From Felis catus (lineage: Eukaryota): a stretch of 64,000 nt of DNA. The notes beneath the pieces were generated by a model. The model saw nothing but the letters and a program-made list of their open reading frames with translations. It did no database searches and was not told where the DNA came from. Below, piece after piece: positions 1-13,789 of the stretch. Positions within the stretch are counted from its first letter, which is position 1. Every line of letters starts with the position of its first letter. The DNA lies in NCBI RefSeq assembly GCF_018350175.1, contig NC_058368.1:53260001-53324000 (forward strand), written 5' to 3'. The translations under genes were made by a program, and so were the position numbers.

Positions 1-880
1 GCCATGCAACTTCCCAAATCATTTCTTTCCCATGTACCCTTTCCCTCAAATTACTGATATACTCTCCACAAAATGAGAGAGTATATCAGGAAAGAAGACA
101 CGGGGTCCAGGAATCAGGGGATCAAACACAGGAGAAATAAAAAATAATTTCAGGCAGACAATAAAGGGAGGACCCACGAAGTGATGACATTACATCAGGT
201 GAGAGAATTCCTAGATTAAAATAGGTGGATGAAGGGCTGCAGGAGGGATGTTATAGGTGAGGCAAGGGGGAGAAGGACTTGCCAGACCATCGGATATGTA
301 CTTTAAAGGGTGTTGGTAGGATCAGGAAGCTTCATAAAAATAACACAGAAAAATTAGCAAGAGAAAAACTGGCAATTATGAATACCAAGAAAATAACTTT
401 AATTGGAAAAGAAATGGATCCATAGTATGCTATTTTGCCCAGAAGTGAGAAAATATTTATACTGTCAGAACAATGTAAACACTAAAGTTTTTAAATAAAA
501 AATTATGATGTAGCTATACTGAAGGAGGGGAATATAACTATATTGGTATGGGGAGGAGGGTGAAGAGAAATGTATCTTCATCTACCACAATACCAAGTCA
601 ATAGATACTTCCAAAATTGATAGATCAATTTAAAGTTGATTAACTTAATTTGAATAAATAGCAATAGAAGCATATTATGTAGAAATACAGAGGTAAAAAC
701 CATAAAAAATAATTAAAAGACTTCACAGTCGTGGTCTCTGGGGAACAGGACCAAGGGGTAGGAAAGAATATGGTAGAGGGCTACAGTATCTATTGTAAGC
801 CTTCACTAAAAGCCTTGACATTTTAAATTGTGTGTGTGCTATTTTGATAAAAATAGAAAATACTTTTTTGGAATTCATTT
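1..880 (+). mobile_element. Old L1 (L1M-type) 3' region relic
   Basis: A-rich, resembles degraded L1MC/ME 3' UTR; recognised by eye. Confidence 0.45.
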
Positions 881-2539
881 TCCTTTCCAACATTCCATTC
901 CTTTCTCCTTTCTTTTTCTTAAGTTCTAAATGCCCATGAACACATACCATTGTAATGGACAACACAGGACAGGGAGGCAACCATCATATTGGTTATTTCA
1001 GTAGCATATGCCAAATGTTTGTTGAGCTGCAATGGGAATTATCTGCTCTTTTTAGATTGATTTCATATATGAGATACTTAAATTTGTATCTTTATTTTCA
1101 AAAGATGGAATTAGGTAGACATGAAAGTTTCTACATTCCATGTAAGGTTTTCACATAATCAGGATCCAAAATATAGTAACAAGTTCGATTCTAAAACTAG
1201 GTCTGCATGAGATTTGATCATTCACTTAAAAAACAAAACAAAACAAAACAAAATCTGGAACATTTTCACAAAAGCAATAATGTCATAAACACAAAATTCA
1301 CCAACCCCTACTTACAGAATTCCATGGAAGGTTATGAAACAATACAACCAAGAAGAGAGGCCTTTGTTCTCTTCATAGGGGGCAGGAAGAGGAGAGTTCA
1401 CCAATATCATGAAATAAAATAAAGAATAAACCAGTAGGTCCATCTCCTGGAATATCATTTCCTTAAATTTGAAAATATAAAATGCTTTCTGTGTCTTACA
1501 ATTAATCAAAATAACCTACATTCAGATGCTAGAAAATACTTGCCAAATCTTCCCACAAAGAAAAAAACATCCGTCTTTACCCTTCATCCTCCCAAGATTT
1601 TATGGGGTTTTTGTTTTGTTTTGTTTTTTGTTTTGGATGGCTAAATAGCATTGAAAATTGATAATAAATCAAGCCAGCCTAATATACAGTCTCCAAGTTA
1701 ACTGACATTACATTAAACAGATGATCAACCATCAAAATTACTACAGCAGTGTTTATTTTCTAGATCATATTTTGTAGTCTTTGAAATGTCAAATATGCAT
1801 TCCCACTGAGAGGCAAATGTGGATATACATATGCAAGGATGTCATCAACATGGAGAAGATTGAAAGCAAACTTACAAGGATTCATTATAGAACTAATCCT
1901 TCCTAAAATTCTGATTAAACAAGGGACTGACAGGTTGCTTGATTCTGAGGGATTCGAGTTATTGATTACTGACAGGAAATAGGGCTCCTTATTGTCTGAC
2001 TGAATGGAATTTCAGATTGGAAAGTCTGAGGCCTCTAAAGAACATTCACTTAGGCTGTGCTTTATGGAAATTAACATTATACAGTCTCTTACAATCTATT
2101 AACAGACTGAGAACTGTCACCTGAAGAGCTGTATTCCTTTTTATCACATTAAAGAGCAAAAGGCCACAAACATGCTTATTAGTGAGCCTAAAAGGTTTTC
2201 AAAAATATATAGGCCTTTCAGAATAATGATGGGAAATGTTATACCAGACTTCTATGTCGATCAACTTTTCTCAAGCATTTAAATTTGCCTTTGCTTTCTG
2301 GCTTAGCCAACCTCACCCTACCCCAAGTACACACACTTTAAAAAGTATCCATAAATATCTATAAATGTGTTTAGCCATGACACTCGAGTATTGAGTCTGG
2401 CAACCACCATCTTGTCTTGATCCCAGTCACAAAACTCCAAGGCACTAATTGGGAATAATGGCTCTTCTCCAGACTACTTGTGCCTTTGTCCCTACACTCT
2501 GTCTGGGACAATAGCATAGGTTTGCCTCTTTGAAGGGGT

Positions 2540-2990
2540 CACAGTTTATGTGCAGAAACAATAGCCAAACAGACCATTGCAGATAATGGTTGAGTGATAG
2601 ACGAAAGCATGAGGGAGGAGCAGGGAGAAGGAAGGTGCCCACTGGCTCCATTTGAGGCAGCATTTAAGCTTGGCCTTGAAGGTTAGGGGAGGGATGGCGT
2701 CACCAGAAGCTGAGAGTAACATTCCAGTCCAAGGAACAGTTTCTGAAAACAAAGGCATTGCCTGAAAACACGGTGTTTTCAGGAACTATAAATGGGTTCC
2801 ATGTAAATGAGACCAGAATGCACTGGTAGAGAATATAAGAGATGAGGTCGGAAAGATAAGTTTTAGAAATAAATTACAAGGTGTCTAGTACGCTGAGCTA
2901 AGACGCCTGAATTTTTCTCTTGTAGGCAATAAGGAATCATTTAGAATGTTTAAGTAAGAGAATACAGTCCTATGCATTTCAGCGTTAATC
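2540..2990 (-). mobile_element. L2 fragment
   Basis: Purine-rich antisense L2 phrases (ttgtaggcaataaggaatcatt...taagtaagaga). Confidence 0.55.
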
Positions 2991-5900
2991 TGCTTCTTCA
3001 TGTTGTAACACAAATTCACCTAAGAAGACCCTGAAAATGCTCTTATCTGCATTTTGGAGTTGAAAAGAGGATTCATTCACCAGTACAGATTCCCATAGTG
3101 CCTTAGATCAAGTGCCTATTAAAGGAGAGAATACAACTCCTCTGTGTTTTATACTCCTTCTAATTCTGCTTAGCCCTAAGCAAGGGGGCCTTAAGTGCAT
3201 GCTAAATCCATTCCTAGAATTTCCCAAAGTAATCTCCAGCTTTGAGTCTTCTACAAATGATACTCACCAAAGAAAACTTTCAGAAACATCTCATTTTCAT
3301 TCTACATATTGTTTCATTTTTTAGAATCAATGTCTCCCTATAAAAAATGTCAATATATTTGGATTTTTTTTGCTCTTTCCCTAAAACGAGTGTGTGGTTA
3401 TGTGTCCTGACAGTGCCTCCATTCCTTTGCATTCCACCTCAGAAGCCAAACATCTGACTCTGGGTCACCTCTTCAACTTAAGTGAACACCATTTTCTTGC
3501 ATTCCTATGAAAAGAGATCCTTCTGAAAGGCAAAGTAAGTGCTCAATAAATGCTGACTTCTGGACTTGTAAGCACCACCTGCTAATTTCTAAGCAGATTA
3601 GAGCAGAGGCAGATCTCCAGACAAGGCCACATTCCCAGGACTGACCTAACCAGAGAACACAAAAACAATCAGCACTAGAATTAGCCGCAGCTGAACTGCC
3701 AGTTAGGGATAGTTCTTTGAAGAACCTAGCTGCACAGTGCCGGATGGACAGATATAGTTTATTCAGAAATCTCTCGAGAGATTCCCAGGCTAAAAGTTGC
3801 TACTGGGGCTCAGGAGAGGCCAGTCCAAGCCTGGACGCCACGGCCTCAGGCCAGTGCACGTCACAGTGACAGCCTGGGCTTCTTACGTTGCAGAGGAAGC
3901 AGTGGGAGCAATGGGCCTACCTCCTGCCCCACACTGGAACCCCCCATGCATCCCCTCTAAATCAATCAATACCTGTTAACAATGACCCCAGGCATCATGT
4001 TGATGGAGGTGCTCTTTGGGTACCTTTAACACCTACAGACATGGCCACACAATCACTCAATCAAAATATTGGGGTTTTTAAATTTTCCTTTATAATTTTT
4101 AATATTTAAGGTTATTTTTCAGCTTAATTAAATATAGAGAATTAAACTACTTTCTAAAGCACTGTTAAATGTTTATCCCATACATACAGCATACCTAGCC
4201 CTTATAATAAACATTGTGTCCATTCTAGAGATGAGGAAAATGAGTCTCTGGGAGGGTAAGTGACTTGCGCATCACACAGCTTTTAAGCAGTAGAACCAGA
4301 GCCACCTCCCAGAGTTTTCTGTTCCCTTGGTCAAGGCTTTTTCCCCTGTGCCACACTAACTCTTGGGGCTTGCTGAGACAAGTGTAATCAGTGAGAAAAT
4401 TAGAGAAGATTAGAGATTTTCTCCTGGAGATTCAGGTGTGTGATCAAATCTTGATAGACAGGAGGGATGGAGAGGGAGACAGAGAAGAAAAGGAGGGAGG
4501 GAGAGAAAGAGAAGAGGAATAGAGGGAAGGGGGACAGGCTTAACTTGCTGATTCCCATCCCTCCAAGTAGACCTTTTGATACATTGACACAAAACTTATG
4601 TTTCATAATTAGAAATATGTCTAGCTTCAGCCAAAGGAACTGAGTTTACAAACGTGTTGAAGATTCATCTCTTGATTTTAGAGAGATTTTTGTCAAACTA
4701 AGTGTTTGGGGTATTGATTCCCCCTTCTCTCTGCCACTGACCATTGCTGCCATACGTGATCTGATGGTCATCAATGACACAGAGGCAGGAAATTCCTGAG
4801 GCATTAGGAAACTCCATTCCAGGAGGCTGCTGAAGGCCTTGAGTGGTGTGCCCTGGTTAGGAGTGTTTAAGATGGCAAAGAGAACCATGAAAGTCACCTT
4901 CTCCTACCAATTTCCTTCACTACAGAATCTCATTTTGTTTTCCTAAATCCTTGGCTGTGAAAAAGCCACTATTTTTCTCCCTTTCTTCAGAACCCATGTC
5001 TTCTTCTAATGTTGTACTCAGAATTTTTTTTTAAGGGACCATCTGACTTGGGAAATATTTTCTTGAAATACAATAAGAAAGACAATCCCTAACTGTCCCT
5101 TACATAATAGCACTTTTAGGGACCGATCTTGGAAACATCAAATTGTGAATTGTAGGCCCATTGATTACTGAAGTATAATAATTAAATTACATAGAAATTT
5201 CCTTAACAGTAGGGTTGAAACGAACAAAATAACTGGCAATTGGTCTCAACCAGAGTAAATAATGTCCTTCTTTTTATTTACATTTGGCTTTCCTATAAAC
5301 TGCCTACTGGGTTGTGTGGAACTAAGAGGCCAGCAAAAAACTGAATCCCCATCCATCAGTATTAATCTCACACTTTACTGTGGCTCCATCCATTTATCTT
5401 TCCGACACAAATTAGAAATTCAAGAGTTTTAACAAATGAGCCTGCAAATGTAAACTTATTAGGCCATATATTTTTACTACACACTGTGCAGTGCCCTCCG
5501 CAAAGCTGTCCCTTCAGAGAGCATTTTCCTATTTTGTGTTATTGATGGCAGCTAACTAATCACATTTTTAATGTTGTCTTTGGGGAGGGCTGTTTGAGTG
5601 AATGTGCAAGCTAAACTACCCAGAATAAATCTACCTTATTAAATGCTTGAAATTATGTGTCTTTTACGATAAAGAAACTCCCGAGCATTGTTACATTTGC
5701 TAACCTTCTTTCTGCAGGAATCAAAAGACTGGGATTAATTAAAATAATACATCAAAACTGGGGTGTTGTACAGAATGTGTCTATGTGTGAGGAAAGGCCA
5801 AGAAAAATTGGTTAATTGGTCTCTTCATCCCTATTCACTCCCCTCCATCTGAATAGCTTTTAAGTGTTGCTTTCTGAACTGGAACTATAATCACATGAGC

Positions 5901-7154
5901 TGAGGCTCAGACAATGGCTGATCCCCATCCCTACCTCCACCAGAGGAAATTCCTTCTGGTTTACATAGCGCCTCTCTGATTAACAAAGAACTCCAAAAAA
6001 TTGGTCCCTAGACCTAGATGCTCTAAAACATAATGTACAGATACATTGTGGTCCCAGCGTTGTAGCTCATCTAAACAAAGATGCACTGATTTAAATGCCT
6101 CTGAACGATACATACCGTTTATCAGAAGTATCAAAAGAAAACATCTGCCAGTCAATGCTTCTCTTAAAGCACAGGTCCTCCTTTCCTGTAGCTGTAGTGG
6201 TCAATCTAATGATGGGGCTTGCTCTGTACGGTGTGCAACCATTTCATTATTCTGAGGTGGTTTCATTACTGGCAGGTCCCTTATTACCGAGCTCAAGTGC
6301 TGATCTGAGCCCTGAGTGCATCTGCTTCCCACCTCTTTGCTTTGGAAGTTTTGCACTCTCAGAAGCAAACGCATACAGGGCCACAATTCTGGCTTGTCAC
6401 TTAAATCTCAAGGATAACAAATGATGCTGAAGCTAGAGTAGAGGGAATGGAGATCATCTGGGAACCAGAGCTCTCAACGGCACAAGTGGTAGAAACTTTG
6501 GTATCTGCATCAATGCATGCACTTCTGGACATAAAAAGACTGTAATGGAAATTTACCTAAAAGGAAAAAGAAATTCTTGCATAGTAAGAGCTGATAAAGC
6601 AAGAACTCAATTTTTTGCAAATTATTTTCCTATTACTTGATTATCCCACTTGAGATGTATGGCTTTTGTGAAACTGACATTTAAACACAATAAGCATATG
6701 CTCTTTGTAGAAATTAAAGTCACCAGCATTTCAAGACTGTGTAATAGATGGCCCTAGTGTTCCCTGCAATCAGAGTTCTTCTCTATTACTTAGCTTGGAG
6801 GGGAAACATAAACTTGATTAGTACTTAACTAGAGTGTAATGGCTGATAAATTGGGCTTAATGTTTCAAGACCAGACAACTATGCTAAGGTTGCCTAGAAT
6901 TTATTTCTTGACTACACAGATACACTCATTTTTCTCACTCAGTCACAGGAATCAACAATTTAAGGATGCACTGGCTCTCTTGAAGTGTATTTCTTATTTG
7001 TCTTGGATTACTTAAAGATTTAGCTGTTCTCCCCAGCAAAGGTGAAATCCCAAGGGAGGTGAGGACTGATAAATTAAAAAGAAACGATGGTTGGCAAAGG
7101 TGACACCCGTTGGGAAAGCATTCTGCATTAGAACTTGGTATGAAAAATGCAAGG

Positions 7155-7330
7155 TGTTTATTTAGTCCCTCAGCAAATACTTACTGAGCACCTACTAAGA
7201 GCCAGGATCTGTGTCATGTGCTGGAAAGACCAAGTTAATGACTCTTGCCATCAAGGAGCTAGTGAAGAAGACAACCATGTAAGCAGGTAATAAAACATGG
7301 TAAGGGCTATTATAGAAACATAAACCAAGA
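7155..7330 (-). mobile_element. L2 3' end
   Basis: cagcaaatacttactgagcacctacta...gccagg. Confidence 0.65.
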
Positions 7331-8284
7331 GTTTGGGAGCTCAAATAATCACTAAAGACATGTCTCTGCCTATCAAATTTGTATGTGTTACAGTGCTTAG
7401 CACCTAAATTACACTTGCTTTCATTGCATTCACCTGGAGAAAAGAAAATTCATTTTGCTGTTAATGTTAATGCAAACAACATTCACATTTTAATGTTACA
7501 CTGTTACCTTCCTTGTGCAACAGGCGGAACTCCCCACCCCAGAAGAGCTTCTAAAAAAGTTGGGTTTACACAGAAGTAAATAAATGTTCATTTCAATATT
7601 TCAAACAGTACATACTAAGGGATATTTATACTTAAAGAGCATCTTAAAATTAATCCTTTATTTAAGCAAAGAACCCTTTTGCAAGTTGAACAATCCCCAT
7701 GTGTATTTGCAATATAAGCCTGGATTTTCATATCTTAGGTTTGAATCACAAAAATCTTAGTGATAGGTTCCCCAGGCCACATACTGTATTATCTTCTTAG
7801 GCCATGACACTGCCTTGTTTGCAATGAATAGAACAAAAGGCATTAAAAGCACTAATCCCTCTTGCCCTCAGGATAAGGTCCAAACTCTTTAACCTTTCAT
7901 GGATCTGGTTCCCCTTAATCCTCCAGCCTCCAGTTGACTGACATAAAATAGTGGGACGTCTGTCAGTCTAGCTTCCTGAGAGACTGCATGGAACAGAAAC
8001 ACCTCCACCCCACCACTGTCTCTTCCAGTCCTGTTAGATATATAATGTGAGCCATGAATAAACAAACTGTTTTCCTGAAGCTCTTGGATTTAAGAGTTGT
8101 TTGTTACAACAGTGTAGCCTCGCCTCAGCTGTCAGCCCTTGGGCAGCCAAGGTACAGTGTGGCCTGGAACACTTCAGCCCTGGACTTCCATGTTCACAAC
8201 TTTTTACATCCCTGAATACTATTTTTATTGAAATCAGTTTAATGTTTCCATCTAAAAATATGTATTTTAAAATAAAACTACATA

Positions 8285-8524
8285 TAGTAAAACCTTGGTT
8301 TGCAAGCATAATTCCTTCCAGAAACATGCTTGTAATCCAAAGCACTTGTGTATCAAAGAGACTTTCAAGAACCATCGGCTCAGTTGTGATCATGTGACGT
8401 ATGACATCACGTACTACTGGTATTGCTAGACATCAGTCTTTAGCAAGTTAAAATTTATTAGAAATGTTTGCCAATCTTGCGGAACACTCACAGAACAAGT
8501 TACTCACCATCCAAGGTTTTGCTG
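8285..8524. mobile_element. Non-autonomous Tc1/mariner (Tigger-like) MITE
   Basis: Terminal inverted repeats TAGTAAAACCTTGG / CCAAGGTTTTGCTG (12/14 match), flanked by TA on both sides. Confidence 0.7.
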
Positions 8525-8592
8525 TATTACTATTGTAAGCGGAAAATCAATATCACTTCCAGTAAGTAGAAATTATAAAAACATTAACTCTT

Positions 8593-8798
8593 TTTTTTTT
8601 TTTAATTTATTTTTGGGACAGAGAGAGACAGAGCATGAACAGGGGAGGGGCAGAGTGAGAGGGAGACACAGAATCAGAAACAGGCTCCAGGGTCCGAGCC
8701 ATCAGCCCAGAGCCCGACGCAGGCTCGAACTCACGGACCGCGAGATCGTGACCTGGCTGAAGTCGGAGGCTTAACCGACTGTGCCACCCAGGCGCCCC
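8593..8798 (-). mobile_element. Feline CAN-SINE (SINEC), young
   Basis: GGGGCGCCTGGGTGGC head, (CT)n, A-tail; perfect 15-bp TSD AAAACATTAACTCTT (8578-8592, 8799-8813). Confidence 0.95.
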
Positions 8799-9090
8799 AA
8801 AACATTAACTCTTAAAATAAGGTATTTATTTAGGTACTACATTAAAATAGGTAATGTACCACTGACATGGATCTAACACACTTTTAGAAATACTAGTAAA
8901 GAAATGCATTAGCCTTGACGTCTAATTAACTGGACATCATCTCCACTTCCCACACTGTATCCTCATGTAGCTTAACTGACCTCTCTGAAGCTCAGATATT
9001 TTATCGATTTTATAACATGGAAAGTGATTACATAAGATTAATTTGAAGATTAAGTGAGAAATGTCTGTGAAATTCCCAGCACATATTTTT

Positions 9091-9326
9091 TTTTAATTTT
9101 TTTTTTAACCTTTATTTATTTTTGAGACAGAGAGAGACAGAGCATGAACGGGGGAGGGGCAGAGAGAGAGGGAGACACAGAATCAGAAGCAGGCTCCAGG
9201 CTCTGAGCCATCAGCCCAGAGCCCGACGAGGGGCTCAAACTCACGGACCACGAGATCGTGACCAAAGCCGAAGTCGGACGCTTAACCGACTGAGCCACCC
9301 AGGCGCCCCCCCCCCCCCCCCCGCCA
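9091..9326 (-). mobile_element. Feline CAN-SINE with extended G-run head
   Basis: TSD CAGCACATATTTTT (9077-9090, 9327-9340); inserted at the 3' end of a MIR. Confidence 0.95.
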
Positions 9327-9939
9327 CAGCACATATTTTTAAGTGCACAGTTTAATAGTTTTTAGTATACTGGCTCATTTTTAATTGTCAAAAATATTAG
9401 ATTTATTGCTATTATTATCAGCATCTCATATCACTAGAGTGTGAGCTTCTTAAGGTATCACGCTTATTCATCTCTGAATCCTCATACCTAGTGTTGTCCT
9501 TTTTTGAGGAGGACAATATACCTGGTATTTGTCCTTTGTGTTCCATCCCTGTACATATAGAATCAACCAATCGATTAAATTACTTCTCATGGTTCAACTG
9601 TAAATCGCTTTAACCAAGCTGTGCCTGATTCCTACCTATAGGCTAATCAAGGGCTCTCATCTTCACAAACTGCTTTCATTCTTCAAAATAGCCTAGATCT
9701 TGTCTTTTAGCTCAATGGTTTACTAATTAGTAGCAAAAGGATCTCAAGTTTGAAAGTTTGATGTAATTATAATAAATTATAATAATTATAATTATACTAT
9801 ATAATTATATATAAATTATAATAAAAGAAAAAGCCAGATTTTACACTGGGAAACCACAGGATCCAGGACATTTAGACATTCAGAGTATAAATTACACCTC
9901 ACCCTTCCTGCAGACATCCAGAGGCCATTTTGCAGTGGC

Positions 9940-10170
9940 TAAGCACACAGCGTCTAAAATCAGAGACTTAGGTTTGAACTTTGAACCCACCATGGACAAG
10001 TCACAAATCCTTCTGTCCTTAGTTTCCTCATCTGTAAGTGGCCCTATTAATAGGACTCTCCTCTTAGGATTGTCAAAAGGGCTGAAAAGAAATGCACAAA
10101 GCTTACAAGGGTTTAGAACAGGCCGTGACACACAGCAAGAGCTCATTAAATGTTAGCTGTTATTACCATC
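9940..10170 (+). mobile_element. MIR
   Basis: Core agtttcctcatctgtaa...gctcattaaatgttagctgttatt. Confidence 0.8.
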
Positions 10171-11139
10171 CTTTGTATACATGATTATTGTGATTATAAA
10201 ACTATACATCTGACAAAGTATAAAGATTCACACTTTGAATCACGATAAAAATTTCAGGCAACTGAAGGGAGAGACCTTTTAGACATCCTACAACTGCTTT
10301 TTTAAATTTTTTTTTTCAATTCAGTCATTTTATTAACAATGATAAACTAGATTATGCTGTGATTTAAAAAGAAAAGTCCAACAAACGTTTCTCTCGCTCT
10401 TCCAGATGACAGACAATAGGACACTCCAGTGTCGCTCATCTCCACATGCAGCCTTCGTTCTTACCTGCTTGAGCCGGAAGGCATCTCTACCTCAACATGC
10501 ATGTGCATGGCTGATGGGAGGGATGAGCAGGCTGGGTAGCTGAGCTGTAACTGACACACTCTACTCCCTCTCACAGGCCTTGGCCAAAGCGAACTGTAGA
10601 GCATACCTATCCTCAGGGAAGCAGGTGGAGAAAAGCCGCCCACCCAACTGTCGGGAGGCAAAGGAGAACCAGACACTGAAGAGGAGTCTAATGCCTGCTA
10701 CAGTTGTGAGTGAGTATGACAATCACTTGTGCGGTGACCAGGTCTTGGCAGTTATAATGTCTCGAAACTCTTAATAGAAAGCTGTCATTACATCATAAAT
10801 CCAATAGAACACTTAAGAAAATTCCAAAGCAGATGTTAAAGTTTGCAAAAAAAAAAAAAAAAAACCCTGCTAAAACATATTTAATTCACATACAATTCTG
10901 TGATTTATAGTAGCTTATTTTCCCACCCTAAACTCTGATCTTAATTCATGCAAGAAAAAAGGGGGTTTCCTCTTTTTTTTATCCACAGAACAGCAAAAAG
11001 GGCTGTTCTAATTCTCAGGTCCAAGGAAATGTGGGTTTGGATTTTAGTCAATAGGGTCGTGTGATTTGCATTGGGCAGGCAAAAAACCAACAATTACCTT
11101 CACACAGGAAAGAGGTGCCCCTATTTTCCTGGCTCCTTC

Positions 11140-11990
11140 CAGTTTCCCTCCGCTTTCTTCAAAAATGATAACTTTCTTATAATTCTCCTGCTTGTTCAAG
11201 CTATCTCCCCAGTTTTCGTTTTCCTTTCACTGTCAAACTACTAAAGCAAGTTATATCTCCTGACTCTTGTTCATTATTCTCTATTTCCTCCTACCATGTA
11301 ACTTTTGAACTTGATCCAAATCAGCACCTCCAATCTCAATCATCCAGCTACATGGATGTGACATCACTTGAATATCTTACTCCACAAATCTAGAATCGCA
11401 CCCAGAATTTCCTCCAAAGCCAGGTCTCTCTGTTTCATTATTTTAGTTAATATTCTGCCCAAGTTGTAATTGTCAATGAACTCTGATTTCCTCATGTTTC
11501 TTGACTCTAAATTTTATCTGGTCCCAGGCCTACTTAATTCTTTTTATGAAATCTTTGTTTTGCATACTCCTCCCTCTCCGGTCTTTATCATCATTATACC
11601 TAGTAACTCATACCTGGACCACTGAAATCATCTTCTAACTAATCTCCCTTTCTCTAGGCTTTTCTATCTCCTGATTTCAGCATGCCACCTGCACAGTCAT
11701 TCCAAAACATTACTTTTATTAAGTTAATCTCCAGGAAAGGGGAATACTCTTCTATAACTACCACTGCACACAGTATAAACAACCATCTCCTTTTCATCAT
11801 TGGGAGTTTTGTCATGGGGCGTGACTCCCTCCCAAACAAAACCAAAGCACTCACTGATTTTAGGAAAGATCACCTAATTTCTCTTTCTCTGCCTTTCCCC
11901 ATCCATTGTCCCTACCTAGCATATTATCTCCCACTTCAAATCCCACTTGTCATTTAAAACCTAGAACCAATTCATCCATAAACTCTTCCT
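11140..11990 (+). mobile_element. L2 fragment
   Basis: Pyrimidine-rich degraded L2-like sequence. Confidence 0.5.
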
Positions 11991-12869
11991 GAACCATGGT
12001 TGGCTCTGTAAATAGAACTTAATTTGTATACAACTATGTAATCCCAAAGCAGCATCCCATAGCATGACACTCAGGTGTATTCTGTTTAGTCAACATGGTG
12101 TTGTTGTTGTTGTTGCTGTTGCTATTGTTTAAAATTTAATACTCTGAGGGACTACATATACTCTTCAGCTTCCTTACCACTTGAGTTTGAGAACCCTGGT
12201 CCATGCTGTGTCATGCTGGTGGCATCATTTCATAATTTTCGTCGGTGATTTTTAAACATATGCTTTGTTTATTTTTCCAACTTGTACATTTCCTAAGGTC
12301 AGAGAAATGTTTTTATACAATTAAAATTTTAAATAGGGCAAGATGAGAAAACATTTATAAACATAATTAGCCAAAGAGTTGTTGGCTGTTGTGTTTCTTT
12401 TACCCCAAGTTCTGCCAGCACCAACACCAGGAGACATCTTTAAGCCATTCAGGAACCAACATGGTTTTATTACTGGGGAAGAAAAATCGTTCCATAAATC
12501 TCTTCTTTCTTCTTTTCTCCTTTCTCCACCCAACTGATAGCTTTTATTTTTGTATTAATTCATAGATTTCTTCAGCCCTTGATCCCAATTTAATATTCAA
12601 ACAAAAACATCTATATGTAAAAGCATCCATTTGGGAGCTCTTCAAAGCCCGTATAAGACAAGTAGTTGTTAGAGAGAGTAGATCCAATATAAAGAAATGA
12701 GCAAAAATCATTTCAAAGAAAAAAAATATGGAAATTCAGCAGAGAGGGGAAAAGTAATCTCGGTGTTTATAATGGCTTGGAAATAAAAGAGGAAAAATAT
12801 TTACAGGAAATACTTTGAGAAAAGAGCAAAAATAGGAATACAGTAGTGATTGAAAGAGCAAATTAACTA

Positions 12870-13080
12870 ATATTTTTGAGTATCTAATGCCCGCCAAGAT
12901 TTCACACACCTTCTATCATAGTGACCATACAAGGTTGATGTGAATGTTCTTATCCTCAGTAAGGATCCTTTGTAGAATTTACCTGAGGCTACACAACTCA
13001 GTAAATAATAGCATCATGACCCAAACCTGGATCTGTCTGACTTGAAGCCTGCATTCTTGGAACTTGGCTACACAGCCTCC
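12870..13080 (-). mobile_element. MIR
   Basis: aaacctggatctgtctgact. Confidence 0.6.
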
Positions 13081-13789
13081 TAATAAAATAAAATAGAAAT
13101 AGTTGGCTTAGTAGATGACAATTGGCCCAACAATTTATATTAATTAATAAAAGCTTTCAACTTTATTCGAAAAGAAGTAGAAGCCCCAGAATAAAAATTC
13201 TAACACTGGCATAAGAAAAATCATGATTAAGAACTATTCTAATGTGAAATGAATAAGAAGTGGGCATCAGGCATAGCAAAGCAGCAGTCTGGAGAGTCCT
13301 CGACCTGGGACAGGACTTGGAGATAACGAACACACAAAGGCAGGAAATTCTAGCGAGACCACACTAGTGAGGGCCGAAATTAAAGTTGACATTGTAAAGT
13401 GGTTCAGATTTTTTGGATGAGGATTTTGCAATATAGTTCGATATCCATTAAAATTTACATGCCTTATGTGAAACAGAAATCTCAACCTCTGGAAACTTAA
13501 CTCAGAACAATAATACAAAACGTAGGGTGCTGGGAAGACAGGAGCCTGCATGAAGAGAAATGCACATAGCTGTGCTTCTATACAAACAAAAACAAAAACA
13601 AAAACAAAAAACAAAAAAACAAACAACAAAAAACTGGTAATAATATGAATATCCAATTTTAGGGAAAATATTGGTAAACTATGGGATATTATATAAGCCA
13701 TTGAAGTGCTAAATGTGATTGCTTAGAAACCTTAGAAAAGTACTTAAAATAGGCTAAAGGCAAAAAGAAAAGCATTAATCATTTTGCAA

